The notes beneath the pieces were generated by a model. The model worked only from the letters and a program-made list of their open reading frames with translations, searched no databases and was not told the origin of the DNA. From Macrostomum lignano (Eukaryota), in contig NIVC01000482.1 of the NCBI GenBank assembly GCA_002269645.1, forward strand, positions 124,001 to 188,000: a stretch of DNA of 64,000 nucleotides, written 5' to 3'. How positions within the stretch are numbered: position 1 is the first letter of the stretch; every line of letters begins with the position of its first letter. The position numbers were made by a program, and so were the translations under genes. Of this stretch, positions 26,701-38,967 are shown in pieces.

Positions 26701-29700
26701 CGTCTTCTCCCGTCTCCCTCTCGTCTTCTCCCCGTCTCCCTCTTGTCTTCTCCCCGTCTCCCTCTCGCCTTCTCACCGTCTCCCTCTCGTCTTCTCCCAT
26801 CTCCCCTCTCGCCTTCTCACCGTCTCCCTCTCGTCTTCTCCCGTCTCCCCTCTCGCCTTCTCTCCGTCTTGCTCACTATCAAGCTCAATTGAACTCCATC
26901 TCAGGGCGACGTGTTCAAACTGACGCTGGAAACAGACGAAGACTTGGTCACGGAGATCCGTCTGAAATACTTCGATACGGTGCCAGTAGCTGCCAGTATG
27001 TGCGTCCTCCGTACCGGCTTCCTGTTCGTGGCCTCGGAATTTGGCAACCACTATCTGTACCAGATCGCTCATTTGGGCGACGACGATGAGCCGACGTTCT
27101 CTTCGGCGATACCGCTGGACCAGGGCGACACGTTCTACTTTGCGCCTAGGCCGCTGCGCAACCTGGTTATGGTTGACGAATTGGATAGCCTCTGCCCAGT
27201 GATGGACTGTCAGGTGGGTCTGAGCTGTGCGGCTCAATTATAGGGCATAGTGTACTTTTGGGTAATTGGTTAGATTAACATTGGCCGAAAGTTTAGTATG
27301 TGTTTTAGGGTGAAGTTTTGGCTATGTACTTTAGGGTGAGTTGTTCTATATGTACTTTAGGGTGAGTTGATGTACTTGAAGGCGAGTTGTTCTATATGTA
27401 CTTTAGGAACAGTTGTTGGATATGTACTTTAGAGCAACGTGTCGATACGCTCTTTGCTCAACCACCGTCCCTTCCCCCGCAACCCCAGGTGGCGGACCTG
27501 GCCCGCGAGGACTCGGCCCAGCTGTTCACCCTGTGCGGCCGCGGTCCCCGGTCCTCGTTGCGCGTCCTTCGTCACGGCCTGGAGATCAGCGAGATGGCCG
27601 TGTCGGATCTGCCCGGCAGTCCCAACGCCGTCTGGACAGTGAAACGATTCAGCGATGAGGAGTTCGACTCCTACATTGTGGTGTCGTTCGTCAACGCCAC
27701 CCTGGTGTTGAGCATCGGCGAAACCGTGGAGGAAGTCACCGATTCCGGATTCCTGGGCACCACGCCGACACTGCAGTGCGGCCAATTGGGTGCCGACGCT
27801 CTCGTGCAGGTGCGTAAACTGAATTGAGAATGTACGCTGGGATAGGGCGTCTAATGTACAATTGTTGGAGGGCGTTCTAATGTACGCATGCTGAGGGCAA
27901 GAGATTGAACAGATTGAAATGTACACGGGGGGGTAAGACATTAAAATGTACATTGGGGTTAAAGAGTTTGTGTAGTGTGTACACTGGGGGTAAGGAGTCA
28001 GTGTACATTGGGGTAGGGAGTCAGTGTACATTGGGGTAAGGAGTCAGTGTACTGGGGTAAGGAGTCAGTGTACTGGTGTAAGGAGTCAATGTACATTGGG
28101 GTAGGGAGTCAGTGTACACTAGGCTTAATATTGGACATCTATGCCTGATCCCTGCAGGTGTACCCTGACGGCATTCGCCACATCCGGGCGGACAAGCGCA
28201 TCAACGAATGGCGCGCACCTGGTAAGCGGATCATCGCCAGATGCGCCGTCAACCAACGCCAGGTGGCCATCGCCCTGGCCGGCGGCGAGCTGGTGTACTT
28301 CGAGATGGACGCGGCCGGCCAGCTGAACGAGTACACCGAACGGAAGGACATGTCTGCAGATGTGGTCTGCATGGCTCTTGGCCGGGTGCCGCCCGGTGAG
28401 CAGCGCTGCCGGTTTCTCGCCGTGGGACTGTCGGACAACACCGTCCGGATCGTCAGCTTGGACCCGGCCGACTGCTTGGCGCCGCTCAGCCTGCAGGCGC
28501 TGCCAGCGCCGCCTGAGTCTCTGTGCCTGGCTCAGCTGGGATCTACTTTGTCAGGTTGGTCTCTGGGGTTTGTCTAGTGCTGAGTTACTGGGGTTTATCT
28601 ACTGCTGAGTTTCTGGTTTGTCTACTGCTGAGTTTCTGGTTTATCTAATGCTGAGTTTCTGGTTTATCTACTGCTGAGTTTCTGGTTTATCTACTGCTGA
28701 GTTTCTGGTTTATCTACTGCTGAGTTTCTGGTTTATCTAATGCTGAGTTTCTGGTTTGTCTACTACTGAGCTTCTTCAGCTCATGATTTCGATTTTTGTC
28801 TAACGAGAAAAGTGATTTTCGCTTTATCTCTTATGCCTCTACAGACTGCCTGTTACTACTTACAACATAACCATCTCTGTAGTATAAACATAATTCCCTT
28901 CCCATTAATTCTCCAATCAGGCGCCGCTCCGGACGCTCCCGGCGGCGTCAGTGGCGGAGGCGACGTGGGCTGGAGCGCCGGCACGCACTACCTGAACATC
29001 GGGCTGCAGAATGGGGTGCTGCTTCGGGCTCTGATCGACCCAGTGACTGGAGACCTGTCCGACACCCGCACCAGGTACCTGGGCAGCCGGCCAGTGAAAC
29101 TGTTCCGAGTGTTCGTCCAAGGCTCGGAAGCTGTGCTCGCCATCTCCTCGCGATCTTGGCTTTATTACACCTACCAGAGCCGCTTCCACCTGACTCCGCT
29201 GTCCTACGGTAGTCTGGAGTTCGCGTCCGGCTTCTCGTCTGAGCAGTGCCTGGAGGGCATTGTGGCAATAAGTGCCAGCACTTTGCGGATTCTCAGCCTA
29301 GAGAAACTCGGCACCGTGTTTAATCAGGTTTGCGCTTATTGTGTTTTGCTGCTGCAGCTGGCCTGGCTGAGGGCAATAGACAGACAAACACAGACAGGCA
29401 GACAGACAGGCACTTAGGAAGACAGACAGACAGACAGACAGACAGACACTAAGACAGACAGAAAGACAGTCACTAAGACAGACAGACAGACAGACAGACA
29501 GACTGACAGACAGACGGACGCTAAGACAGACAGGCAGGCAGACAGGCAGGCAGAAAGACAGACAGAGAGACAGACAGACAGACAGACACTAAGACAGACA
29601 CTATTACACCATGTGCCCCCTCCCCGCCCGCAGGTGACCTTCCCCCTGCAGTACACGCCGCGCCGCCTGCTGCTACACGAGAGCGGCCAAGCCGTGCTTA

Positions 29701-32270
29701 TCGAGACTGAGCACAACGCCTTCACTGAGGACAGCAAGCAGCAGAAGAAGCGCCAGATTGCTCAGGAGATGCTGGAGCAGGCCGGAGCCGACGGTGACCG
29801 ATCCGGTGACGCCCAGCTGGTCAGGGAGATGGCCGCCGCCTTCCTCAGCGAGAACCTGCCAGAGCCAGTGTTTGGCGCACCCAAGCCGGGCGCCGGCATG
29901 TGGGCCTCCGTGATCCGCGTGATGCGACCGCTCACTGGCCAGACTGCTCAGATTATCCGACTACAGCAGAATGAAGCTGCGCTCAGCATCTGCCTGTGCC
30001 GGTTCGCCTGCAACCCCATGGAATCCTACCTGCTAGTTGGCATTGTCAAGGACATGACCCTGGCGCCCAGGTCCGTTGGCGGCGCCGTCCTGCGAACCTA
30101 TCGGGTTGTTGGCGCTCTCGAAAGGCTGGACTTTCTGCACGAGACCGCTGTGGAGGATGCGCCTCAGGCTATGTGCCCCTTTCAGGTGCACGACCGCTTT
30201 TATCTACCTGGTTACGAATTGTACCTGTGTTGGGGAGATTTCTGGGAGAGGGGAGGAGAAGTTTTGGGAGATTTCTGGGAGAGGGGAGGAGAATTTGAGG
30301 GAGATTTCTGACTGTGTTGGGATTTGTGGGAGATTTCTGTCTGTTGGAATGGGATTTGTGGGAGATTTCCGTCTGTGTTGGGATTTATGGGAGATTTCTG
30401 TAAAAATAATTTATAATTTTTTCAGGGTCGCGTCCTGGTCTCAGTCGGTCGCGTGCTGCGAATCTACGATTTGGGCAAGCAGAAAATGTTGCGCAAATGC
30501 GAGACCAAAGCCCTGCCCAACTACATTGTGTCCGTAGCGGCTTTCGGCGACCGCGTGGTCGCTGCCGATGTGCAGGTGAGAAATTGTAGCACACAGTCTG
30601 AGCTTAGTAATATTAGTTCATTTCTTGCGTTCCGTAGCAAATTATTCCATAAAACTCCAATTATATGCTGGATAAATATCAGTAGCTAATAAGAGTTTAA
30701 TATTCTGTTCTATTGTTACATTAAAATATTTGATTAATATGTGTACCATCCTAAGCTGTCGACGTCTTTCTGTTAGAAGTAAGCCGATATGTATCGAAAA
30801 CAGCATGATAAAGCAGTTTTAGCCATCTACTATTTTGAGAAGTCTATATGTATCGGAAACAATACGATAAAGCAGTTTTAAGCTCTTTGTTATAAGTCAG
30901 CCGAAATGTATCGAAAACAATATGATAAAGCAGTTTTTGTTTCTCGCTATTTTAAGCAAGCCGATATGTATCGAAATCAGAATGATAAAGCAGTTTTAGC
31001 CATGTGCTATTTTAAGTTAGCCGATATGTATCGTGAAACTATTTCATTGAGGAATTTTAGTTTCCCTGTAATCCGATATGTCTCGAAAAACATGATAAAG
31101 CAGCTTTAGTTTCCCGCTATTTTAAGTAGGCCGATATGTATCGAAAACAATATAACCAAGTATCTCAAAACCCTACGCCTGCAGGAGTCGGTCTTCTGGA
31201 TGCGCTACCGAGCCTCGGACAACCAGCTGCTGGTGTTCGCTGACGATTCGCTGCCCCGCTGGGTGACCTGCCTGGCCATGCTGGACCAGTTCAGTGTCGC
31301 TGTCGGCGACAAGTTCGGCAACATCAGCGTCCTCCGCCTGCCGCCCGACGCTGTCGAAGACGACGCCGACGATGTTGGCGACCTGGGCTCGGCGCGCGGC
31401 TCCCTGTTTGACAGGGGCGGCCTGCTGGGCAGCTCCAGCCAGAAATGCGTGGCTGAGTGCACCTTCCACGTGGGCGAGGCGCTGAGCAGCCTGCGGAAGA
31501 CCAGCCTGGTGCCCGGCGGAACGACTGCCTGCTGTACACCACCATCAGCGGATCCGTGAGTGCCGGCTTGGCTGCAGTCTGCCGCACCCCCCTGCCTGCA
31601 CTACCAGATCCCCACTTTAAACTTCTGACATCCCAGATTGCACTTTAAGCTCCTGGCATCTCAGATATCCCCACTTAAAGCTCCTGGGATCTCAGATCCC
31701 CACTTTAAGCTTTTGACATCCCAGATCCCCACTTTAAGCTCCTGACATCCCAGATCCCCACTTTAAGCTCCTGACATCCCAGATCCCCTCTTTAAGCTTT
31801 TGACATCCCAGATCCCCACTTTAAGCTCCTGACATCCCAGATCCCCACTTTAAGCTCCTGACATCCCAGATCCCCTCTTTAAGCTCCTGGCCGACCAGAT
31901 CCACACGCTCTGCTTTTGACACGGATTCCCACTTTTATCTATCTAACATCCCAGACCCCTAGCGACAATTGAACCCTCCCTCACTCCTCAGGTGGGCATC
32001 GCGCTCCCCCTGGCCAGCAAGGAGGAGCACGACCTGTTCCAGCACCTGGAGCTGCACCTGCGCTCCCAGCACCTGTCCCTGCTTGGCCGGGACCACCTGC
32101 AGTTCCGGTCGATGTACTTTCCCAATCGGCGAGTGATCGACGGCGACCTGTGCGAGATGTTCAACAACCTGGAGCCGGCCAGGCAGAAGGAGATTGCCCA
32201 GGAGCTGGATCGGACACCCAGCGAGCTGTCCAAGAAGCTGGAGGACATCAGGACTCGGTTCGCTTTCTGA
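20789..32270 (+). CDS. SF3B3: Splicing factor 3B subunit 3 (SAP130/Rse1), 11 exons: 20789-21014, 23751-24038, 25636-26042, 26905-27213, 27489-27809, 28158-28554, 28921-29327, 29634-30185, 30426-30575, 31185-31555, 31992-32270
   Basis: Unmistakable sequence from [19 protein letters not shown] through [23 protein letters not shown] and VIDGDLCE to [12 protein letters not shown]. All introns are GT-AG with consistent phases, except that exon 10 is 1 nt short (frameshift near 31519). About 1235 aa once corrected. AATAAA at 32424. Confidence 0.97.
21845..22431. mobile_element. Non-autonomous DNA transposon (MITE) in SF3B3 intron 1, with 8-bp target-site duplication
   Basis: Terminal inverted repeats CCATAGTCAGGATgATGT / ACATGATCCTGACTATGG, flanked by direct repeats CCTTGATA at 21837-21844 and 22432-22439. 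Confidence 0.85.
24105..25600. repeat. C-rich compound minisatellite (CCCCAGTCCCAGAATC / CCCCAGTCCTACAATC), SF3B3 intron 2
   Basis: Read directly. Confidence 0.96.
26090..26870. repeat. Pyrimidine-rich minisatellite (TCTCCCCGTCTCCCTCTCGTCT-like), SF3B3 intron 3
   Basis: Read directly. It explains the SPSPSRLL ORFs. Confidence 0.95.
27980..28120. repeat. About 23-bp minisatellite (GGGGTAAGGAGTCAGTGTACATT), SF3B3 intron 5
   Basis: About 6 degenerate copies read directly. Confidence 0.85.
28575..28770. repeat. About 23-bp minisatellite (CTACTGCTGAGTTTCTGGTTTAT), SF3B3 intron 6
   Basis: About 8 copies read directly. Confidence 0.9.
29378..29600. repeat. (ACAG)n microsatellite, SF3B3 intron 7
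   Basis: Read directly. Confidence 0.92.
30780..31150. repeat. Degenerate ~60-bp tandem repeat (AGCCGATATGTATCGAAAACAATATGATAAAGCAGTTTT...), SF3B3 intron 9
   Basis: About 6 copies read directly. Confidence 0.88.
31610..31890. repeat. 29-bp minisatellite (CTCCTGACATCCCAGATCCCCACTTTAAG), SF3B3 intron 10
   Basis: About 9 copies. Related arrays occur at 37911-38110 and 39820-40680. Confidence 0.93.
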
Positions 32271-32560
32271 GTCATTGTGACAAACTGTTTGACTCTGCGG
32301 ACTTTTGTCCGAGTTAATTGTGCCGTTTTTCCTAATAACTTTTCTTATTCGTGTTGTCTGTTGAATTATTATTAATAAGTATAATGTTTAGTAATCATTA
32401 TGTACAGTTTCCAGTCCGGTGGAAATAAACTTGCAGCAATCCTAGCGCTCGCATTCAAACTGCCTGGCGTTTTTTGTTAAATTCAATTTCTAGGAATGAG
32501 CAGCTAATTAATAATAAATGCTGGTGCTGAGTATGCCCTGGTTTTTCTACTCTATTAAAG

Positions 32561-33309
32561 TATAGCTTTTTGCAGCCCATTTGGGCTTACGCGCATTGAA
32601 TTTAATCCAAGATATGTTTGTCAAAGTAATGGAGCTTTTGTCTATGGTAGCAAGGCTGGCACAGCGGCATTTAATTTGGTCCAACAAGCATCAATTTGGT
32701 CCATTTAGTTCATTTGCAGCTCAGTCCCAGAATTGTGGACCATATGCTAGGCTGTTGAACGGATGTCATTGGCTTGTGATCGAAGCACTCGACGGAGGTG
32801 AACACCCAAAGGACATTGCAAGGTTGCTGAATGTAAAAGAAAAGGTGGTTTACAGCATCCAGCAGCGCGTTGAAACTCTGCCGGCAGAGATTGCCTGCGA
32901 AAGGTTGGCAATCGCCAAGGAAAGTTGCTCGAGAGCCTCAGGTCCAACTGCTACTCGATGCAGTGGAGACGAACCCTTTGTTGACGTTGCCGAAATGCAG
33001 CAGAAGTTGAGGGAACAGCTCCAGTTGGTTATCAGATTTCGACTATCAGCAGAGCTCTGGAAAAGCAACTGAAAATTTTTGGTAGAGACGCTGACATTCC
33101 AGCGGTGCGAACAACCTGCAGACGGTTGAGAGAAGGCAAGAGTTTGTCCAATGACTCACGAGTGTTTGGACCAAATGGATGCTTGTTGGACCAAATTAAA
33201 TGCCGCTGCGCCAGCCTTGCTACCATAGACAAAAGCTCTGTTACATTAGCAAACGTAACTTGGATTAAATTAAATGCGCGTAAGCCCAAATGGGCTGCAA
33301 AATGCTATA
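32561..33309 (+). mobile_element. Internally deleted DNA transposon with ~140-bp terminal inverted repeats and an HTH-coding core (pogo/Tc1-mariner-like)
   Basis: 32561-32702 is the imperfect reverse complement of 33167-33309, and both ends carry TA. The internal ORF has LVIEALDGGEHPKDIARLLNVKEKVVYSIQQR, resembling a pogo/CENP-B-type N-terminal HTH. No DDE domain. Absent from the paralogous site near 38715. Confidence 0.75.
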
Positions 33310-33510
33310 TTGGCAGTCCGCGGCAATGTGCAGCAATATCCGAGCAAAAGAGGCAATAATAACGACTATGAATTTTCATGAGATGTTGCAATCATCGTGG
33401 CATCAACTTTTCATTTAAAGTAAGCCATCACCAGAGAACACACTAATCTATTTTATTTAACAATATTAATATTAGTTGTGGTCTCATCAGCAGGTGTATT
33501 AATATGCGGT

Positions 33511-35422
33511 CTATTCAGGCAGGTGCAGTACAAACTGAATCTGGCCATGCGACTGGGTTTTCTCGCATTTGATGGGCTTTCCGCCAACCAGATCTTGCAT
33601 GCACCTCTGTACCATGTTAGCCAGCTGACGAAAGTCTTCAATGCTGCTCAAGTTGGTCTGGCGGATGCGGGGACAATCTTCGAGAACTTTGTGTAGAGCC
33701 TGCAGCATCCAGCCACCTGTGTCTGGCCGAGAGTAGGCCATGTGCCCTGGACAGCTGGCGAAAAGCGCGGAGCAGCCCGGCACAAGACTTGGCAACGAGC
33801 TGCCAGCGGTTGCAGCGTCTTCAAAGCTGAAGACTTCAAAGCTGAAGCCTTCCAGCCCGGTGCTGAGCTCATCAACACTGTGCCGATAAGCGCCTCTGCA
33901 AGCCTGGTAGAAGACTCTGACGTGGCTGGCAATTTTTTTCAATTTGTTTACCAATTTCGGAAGTTCAACAACTGTTCCGTCTGAGAGGACAAAGCCGTCT
34001 TGAGATCCATGGGCCGATATGAACAAGTAAATTTTAATATTTGATGACGCATTGGCTGAATGGCGTTTGCATGAATTTAATATGGCCTTGATGAAATCTG
34101 AATAGGTGCTTTTTAAGATATTATATCCATGCAGCATGTAGATGTTGTTTTTTATGCAGCCAAGCATCTCAGAAATTTCTCTGCAGTTCTTAAAATCGGC
34201 GTCGCAACCAGACCTATCCGGAAGATTACTCGTACTTCCTGAGGTGCTGTAGCTCTGCACAAACACGCCCACCGCTAACAGAGTGTTCTGTCCGGACTCT
34301 GCGCGTACATGTGCCAGCTCAGCGGGTTCCTCACCCACTAGCTGGGGTAAGTCTGTAATTTGTGTTTGTCTGTATCCTTGAGGATCCAAACCTCTAGGAA
34401 TTCCAGTTCCCAGCAGAAATTCAAATCCTACAGCTTGCAGCAGGCGCACCATGTTGCTCACTCCATGTTGTTCGGTAATAGAAGTCACAGCCCGCTCCAA
34501 GTAAATATTTAGCGAATCCCAACCGGAAAATTGGGCAGTGAATCTGTAGACCTCAAGGCCACTGAAAGCTGCGCTATGTTGAATCTGCTGGACCTGCTGC
34601 GGTCTGTGAAAAAGGAGGTTATGGCGAAAACTTAGAGTTACCCTACTGATAACCATAATTTCCACGACTTTTTAACACTTGGGGAATAGGCAAGATGAAC
34701 AAGCAGTGCACTTCATCTCTACAAATGAATAAAGTGAAAACAAGTTAATCAATTACACACCGGTTAAGTGGAAGGCTTGACGTGGCCTCTTGGGGGGAAA
34801 ATACGCCAATAGACACGCACAGTTGAAATATTGTAACTGACTCCAGGTCAGGCCGCCGATTCCTGGGAATGCAATCGTACAGGTCGCTTTCATGCACTAT
34901 GCCGCCAAGAACAGGTCGCCCGTCTGCTGTTACCAACAGAACATGAAGCAGCCACCTGCTGCCAGAATAATAAGCATCATCCAAGTTGTTCCTGACTGCA
35001 TTTCGGTACTCCTCAAGGCTGCCAATCTGAATTGCCCGCAGTCTGACTGACGGCATTGGTCGTAAGTTACCCAAGGTTTCAACTAGCGGGTGAGGGCTCA
35101 GAACAAGTAGTCGCAAAGTGATCGTACTGATTGAGGCGGCCTCAGCAGGGGGAAGTGAGGCGTCACTTTGCCGTTGCAGGCCTTGCGGCTCTGAAAGGTC
35201 ATTCGACGTAAAGAAGACGTTGAAAACTGCATTGGCTTGCAAAAAGGAATCAACTTTTTAGTTGCTGGGCAAAAGTCATGCGCACAAACCTGAATGATCT
35301 GGCAGCGGAGCAACATTGTCCTCTTCGGGATCGGCAGAAACGCTCGAGTTTCTGGTCCTGCCGATTGGTGCTGCAGCTTCCGGAGGCAAATTTTCTTTGT
35401 TAGAATGGTTTTGCTGGTCCAT
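33511..35422 (-). CDS. Caspase-family protease A, 3 exons: 35422-35290, 35235-34761, 34603-33511; 566 aa, long non-CARD/DED N-terminal region
   Basis: Catalytic motifs LFISAHG and FYQACRG, p20 RSGCDAD, p10 ASCPGHMAYSRPDTGGWMLQAL. GT-AG introns of 54 and 157 nt join three open frames in phase (1701 nt). Minus-strand AATAAA near 33452-33457. Confidence 0.88.
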
Positions 35423-36499
35423 TTTAACTCTGGATTGGAGCTGCAGATATTAAATACAATATTACTGTTATGGAGGCGGCAAAAAACATGAGTGTAAAGT
35501 AATTAGGAATTCCTTACTTAGCCTCTTTAAATGAAAAGGTGCATCATCTATGCTCATCTAAGGTTGCATTGTCAGGTATTTTGTAATAAAATAAAGCAAA
35601 CTATTAAAACAATTTGAAACAAGGTACTCAGTATTTTTGATGGGTAGAACCATGTTGGGGTAGGAGTGAATGCACAGATGGCTGTCTCATGCCAGGTGAG
35701 GTTTCCAATGAACTTTTGCACCCTTAAGAATATTTAAGAATATTTTATATTATCCTGGCCTATACAGAATGAATGCATTTGGTTTGGTTGAGTCCACAGA
35801 CCTAAAAATATAAAGACTATGCATTGGGAATTCTTACAGTATCACAATAGTCATAAAAAGTGCTTCTTCTTTAGAAAAAAAAACAATTTTTGTGACAACC
35901 TTTCTTTTTCTGGCAAAAGATTGTAGCAAAATGCTCAAAACTTCAAAGCCTTTTTCAAAGATTTTTGCTCTCATGAATACACAAATTTGCCAAATAATTT
36001 AAATTATCTGCATGCTTAGGTAAATCATCAGTAAGGTTCGAAATGGTCTATACATGTAAGAGGTTTGAACTCAGCAATTCGAGCTGTAAAAACTCCTAAA
36101 CTTCTAAAAAATGTTCATCAATTTTTCAGCAACAAGAGCCTTGGAGCCTTGGCGGAGGGGTTGGGCGCCCACCCAACCAAAAAGAGACAGAGCGTGCACA
36201 CGCGGCGGGGGAGGGGGCACACAGAAAGAGCTTGCTTGCATGGACACTTGCCGCACTACAAGTAAAGCCGGTTTGCTTAAGTGCCTTGACTTACTTGACT
36301 CAGCTGCAGGGGGCTCCGTGCATCCGGATGCTGCGAGGAGGCGTTGCCGACCATTTCACTAACCCCTGGCGACCACGGGCAGCCGGTGCTGCGGTGTCGC
36401 GCAGGGAGATCCACGGAGGCAATTGGACTGACTCCCCAGACTGCTGCGACCTGCCCTACTCCTCTTTTTCGCAATCGTGTGCGCGCTAGCGCCCCCCGA

Positions 36500-37820
36500 C
36501 CCTAGCGTCGTTGTAATGTATGTAATGTAATGTAGATCCACGGTGGTGCCGGTGCCTGCAGCGCGGTCCCCCTCCGGAAAGTCCAGGAGGTGGATTGTCG
36601 CTCGCCCGGTAGCCCTTAGGTAGGCAGAGGTTCTCGAGCCTGAAAACATCGGAAAGGTCCGGGTGTGGGCCGAGGTAGATGAGCCTGTCCTGAGTAAAGG
36701 CGGGGTATCCACAGACACCGGAGATGCAGAAAGGGCATTCCTCGCTACGGATTTTTCCGTTTTTTTGGAGGTAACGATGCTTGGCAAAACAGCCATGACC
36801 CGAGAAGGCCATGGTCACGGCCCTGATGTCCCTGCTGTGGTTGAGTCCAAGCAGGGCCTTGCGCAGGGCGGAGGAAGGACAGGGGACAGCGGCACGGGAT
36901 TGTTGGCAGTCGGGGGCGTTAGCCCACCTCTCCCTGTGCTTTGAAGCCACCCACTGGTTGATCCGAGTGGTGACAACGGCGGTGGGGGTTGGGGCCACGG
37001 GCAGGGGACCAGTAAAAGAACCGGTCGAGCCAGCCTTGGCCAGGCAATCGGCCAACTTGTTGACGGGGTGGCCCGAGTGCCCGGGGATCCACCTTAGGGA
37101 CACCTCGTTAGATGTGCCTAAGCGGTTGAGCTGCCCGATGCTGTCGAGGACTGTACGCGAGCCGGTGGTGGTGCGCTCAAGGGCGAGGATCGCCGCTTGA
37201 TTGTCCGAGTCGAGGATAATCTCCTTCCCCCAGACGCGCTGATTGTACAGCTCCATGGCGCAGGAGCTGATGGCGAGAACTTCGTTCTTGAAAACGGTGG
37301 TGCAGGTGCCGCTGTGCTTGGAGAAGGTCGCCACGGTTCTCCCTCCAGAGGCGGAGTTAATTTGGGACCCGTCAGTGAAGCTGTGGATTTCATGGGGTTT
37401 CCAGTTGTATCTTGCTTCATGACGGGTGGAATGCTGGTTTTGAATTTGAGCGGAGGGCAGAGCGTGGACGGGATTCCGTCCGAGAAGGTCAGCAGGCCTC
37501 TCGCTGCTTCCAGGTCTCGCAGGCTGAGGTCGCCGTGCGGCTGGAGGTTCCGCTTTCTGAAGGTGAACTGCTTCTGGATTTGGACACCCGCGTCAAGCAG
37601 ACGGCGGGTGGTCTTCATTGCCTCGCCTCTGACAAAGAAGTCCAGTGGAATGTCCAGGAAGGAGTTCATGCTAGAGGGAGCCGCGCTCATGATAGCTCGA
37701 CAAGCGCGGCCTTGCACCCTGTTAAGAGCATCGAGAAGCCCTTTCACCTCTAGGGCACTGTTCCAAATGAAGCCGGCAAAAGAGAAGGCCTCCTGTCTAA
37801 CAATGGCAGTGTAATCCACC
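36500..37820 (-). mobile_element. 5'-truncated non-LTR retrotransposon, RT C-terminus plus RNase H (I/R1/LOA-type)
   Basis: YTAIVRQEAFSFAGFIW..LNRVQGRACRAI (post-RT) and RNase H motifs [48 protein letters not shown]. Frameshifted, with a (TACAT)n-like tail near 36510-36532. Confidence 0.88.
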
Positions 37821-37910
37821 AGAGGCGGCGGGCAGCGCGAATGCGCCGAGCAATGAGATGCGGCTCACCCCCTTATATCAAACTGCTACACTTCTACTAG
37901 TACCAGGTGT

Positions 37911-38110
37911 CAACTTTAAGCTCCTGGCATCCCAGATCCCCACTTTAATCTATAGGAATCCCAGATATCCCCAATTTAAGCTTCTGGCATCCCAAATCCC
38001 CACTTTAAGCTCCTGACATCCCAAATCCCCACTTTAAGCTCCTGACATCCCAAATCCCCACTTTAAGCTCCTGGCATCCCAAATCCCCACTTTAAGCTCC
38101 TGACATCCCA
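37911..38110. repeat. Second copy of the SF3B3 intron-10 minisatellite
   Basis: Same CTCCTGACATCCCA(G/A)ATCCCCACTTTAAG unit. Confidence 0.92.
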
Positions 38111-38148
38111 GACCCCTAGCAACAAGTAAACCCTCCCTCACTCCCCAG

Positions 38149-38426
38149 GCATCGCGCTCCCCCTGCTGGCCAGCAAGGAGCAGCACGACCTGTTCCAGCA
38201 CCTGGAGCTGCACATGCGCTCCCAGCACCTGTCTCTGCTTGGCCGGGACCACCTGCAGTTCCGGTCGATGTACTTTCCCAATCGGCGAGTGATCGACGGC
38301 GACCTGTGCGAGATGTTCAACAACCTGGAGCCGGCCAGGCAGAAGGAGATTGCCCAGGAGCTGGATCGGACACCCAGCGAGCTGTCCAAGAAGCTGGAGG
38401 ACATCAGGACTCGGTTCGCTTTCTGA
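38149..38426 (+). pseudogene. SF3B3: Duplicated SF3B3 last exon, with its acceptor and 3' UTR
   Basis: Differs from 31992-32270 by loss of 4 nt at the exon start, a 3-nt insertion and 3 substitutions. Out of phase with the exon-10 donor. The 3' UTR with AATAAA is also duplicated, to about 38680. Confidence 0.9.
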
Positions 38427-38967
38427 GTCATTGTGACAAACTGCGGACTTATGTCCGAGTTAATTGTGCTGTTTTTCCTAATAACTTTTCCTATTGTTTG
38501 TGTTGTCTGCTGAATTCTTATTAATAAGTATAATGTTTAGTAATCATTATGTACAGTGCAGTCCGGTGGAAATAAACCTGCAGTAATGCTAGCGCTCGCA
38601 TTCAAACTGCCAGGCGGTTTTTTAAATTCAGTTGCTAGGAATGAGCAGTTTATTGATATTAAGTGCTGGTGCTGAGTATGTTGTGGCTTATTTATTTTTT
38701 CTCATCAGTTCAAGTTTGGGCAACCAGCTGCCTTAGCGATGTGCAGCAATTATGTGCAGGCAAAAAAGAAGCAGAAATAACACGACTTTGATTTTTCCTG
38801 AGATGTTGCAATCTCTCTGGCATCAACTTTCTTTTATGCCATCACCATGAGAACACACGAATCAAGTTTAATTTTTCCAATAGATTGACACTTGATTAAT
38901 TTTCTTACAATAATAATTAATTTTTTTTCATACAGTATTATTAATATTAATAATATTACTCATTATA

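Noticed and set aside
25997-26923. Ser/Pro-rich or Arg/Glu-rich ORFs, and the 483-aa ORF 25638-27089 read as one exon
   Set aside because: SF3B3 similarity stops at the donor 26042 and resumes at 26905. The middle part is an intronic repeat.
38149-38426. Functional alternative last exon of SF3B3
   Set aside because: Splicing from donor 31555 gives an out-of-frame product whether or not the exon-10 frameshift is corrected. Kept only as a hypothesis under findings.
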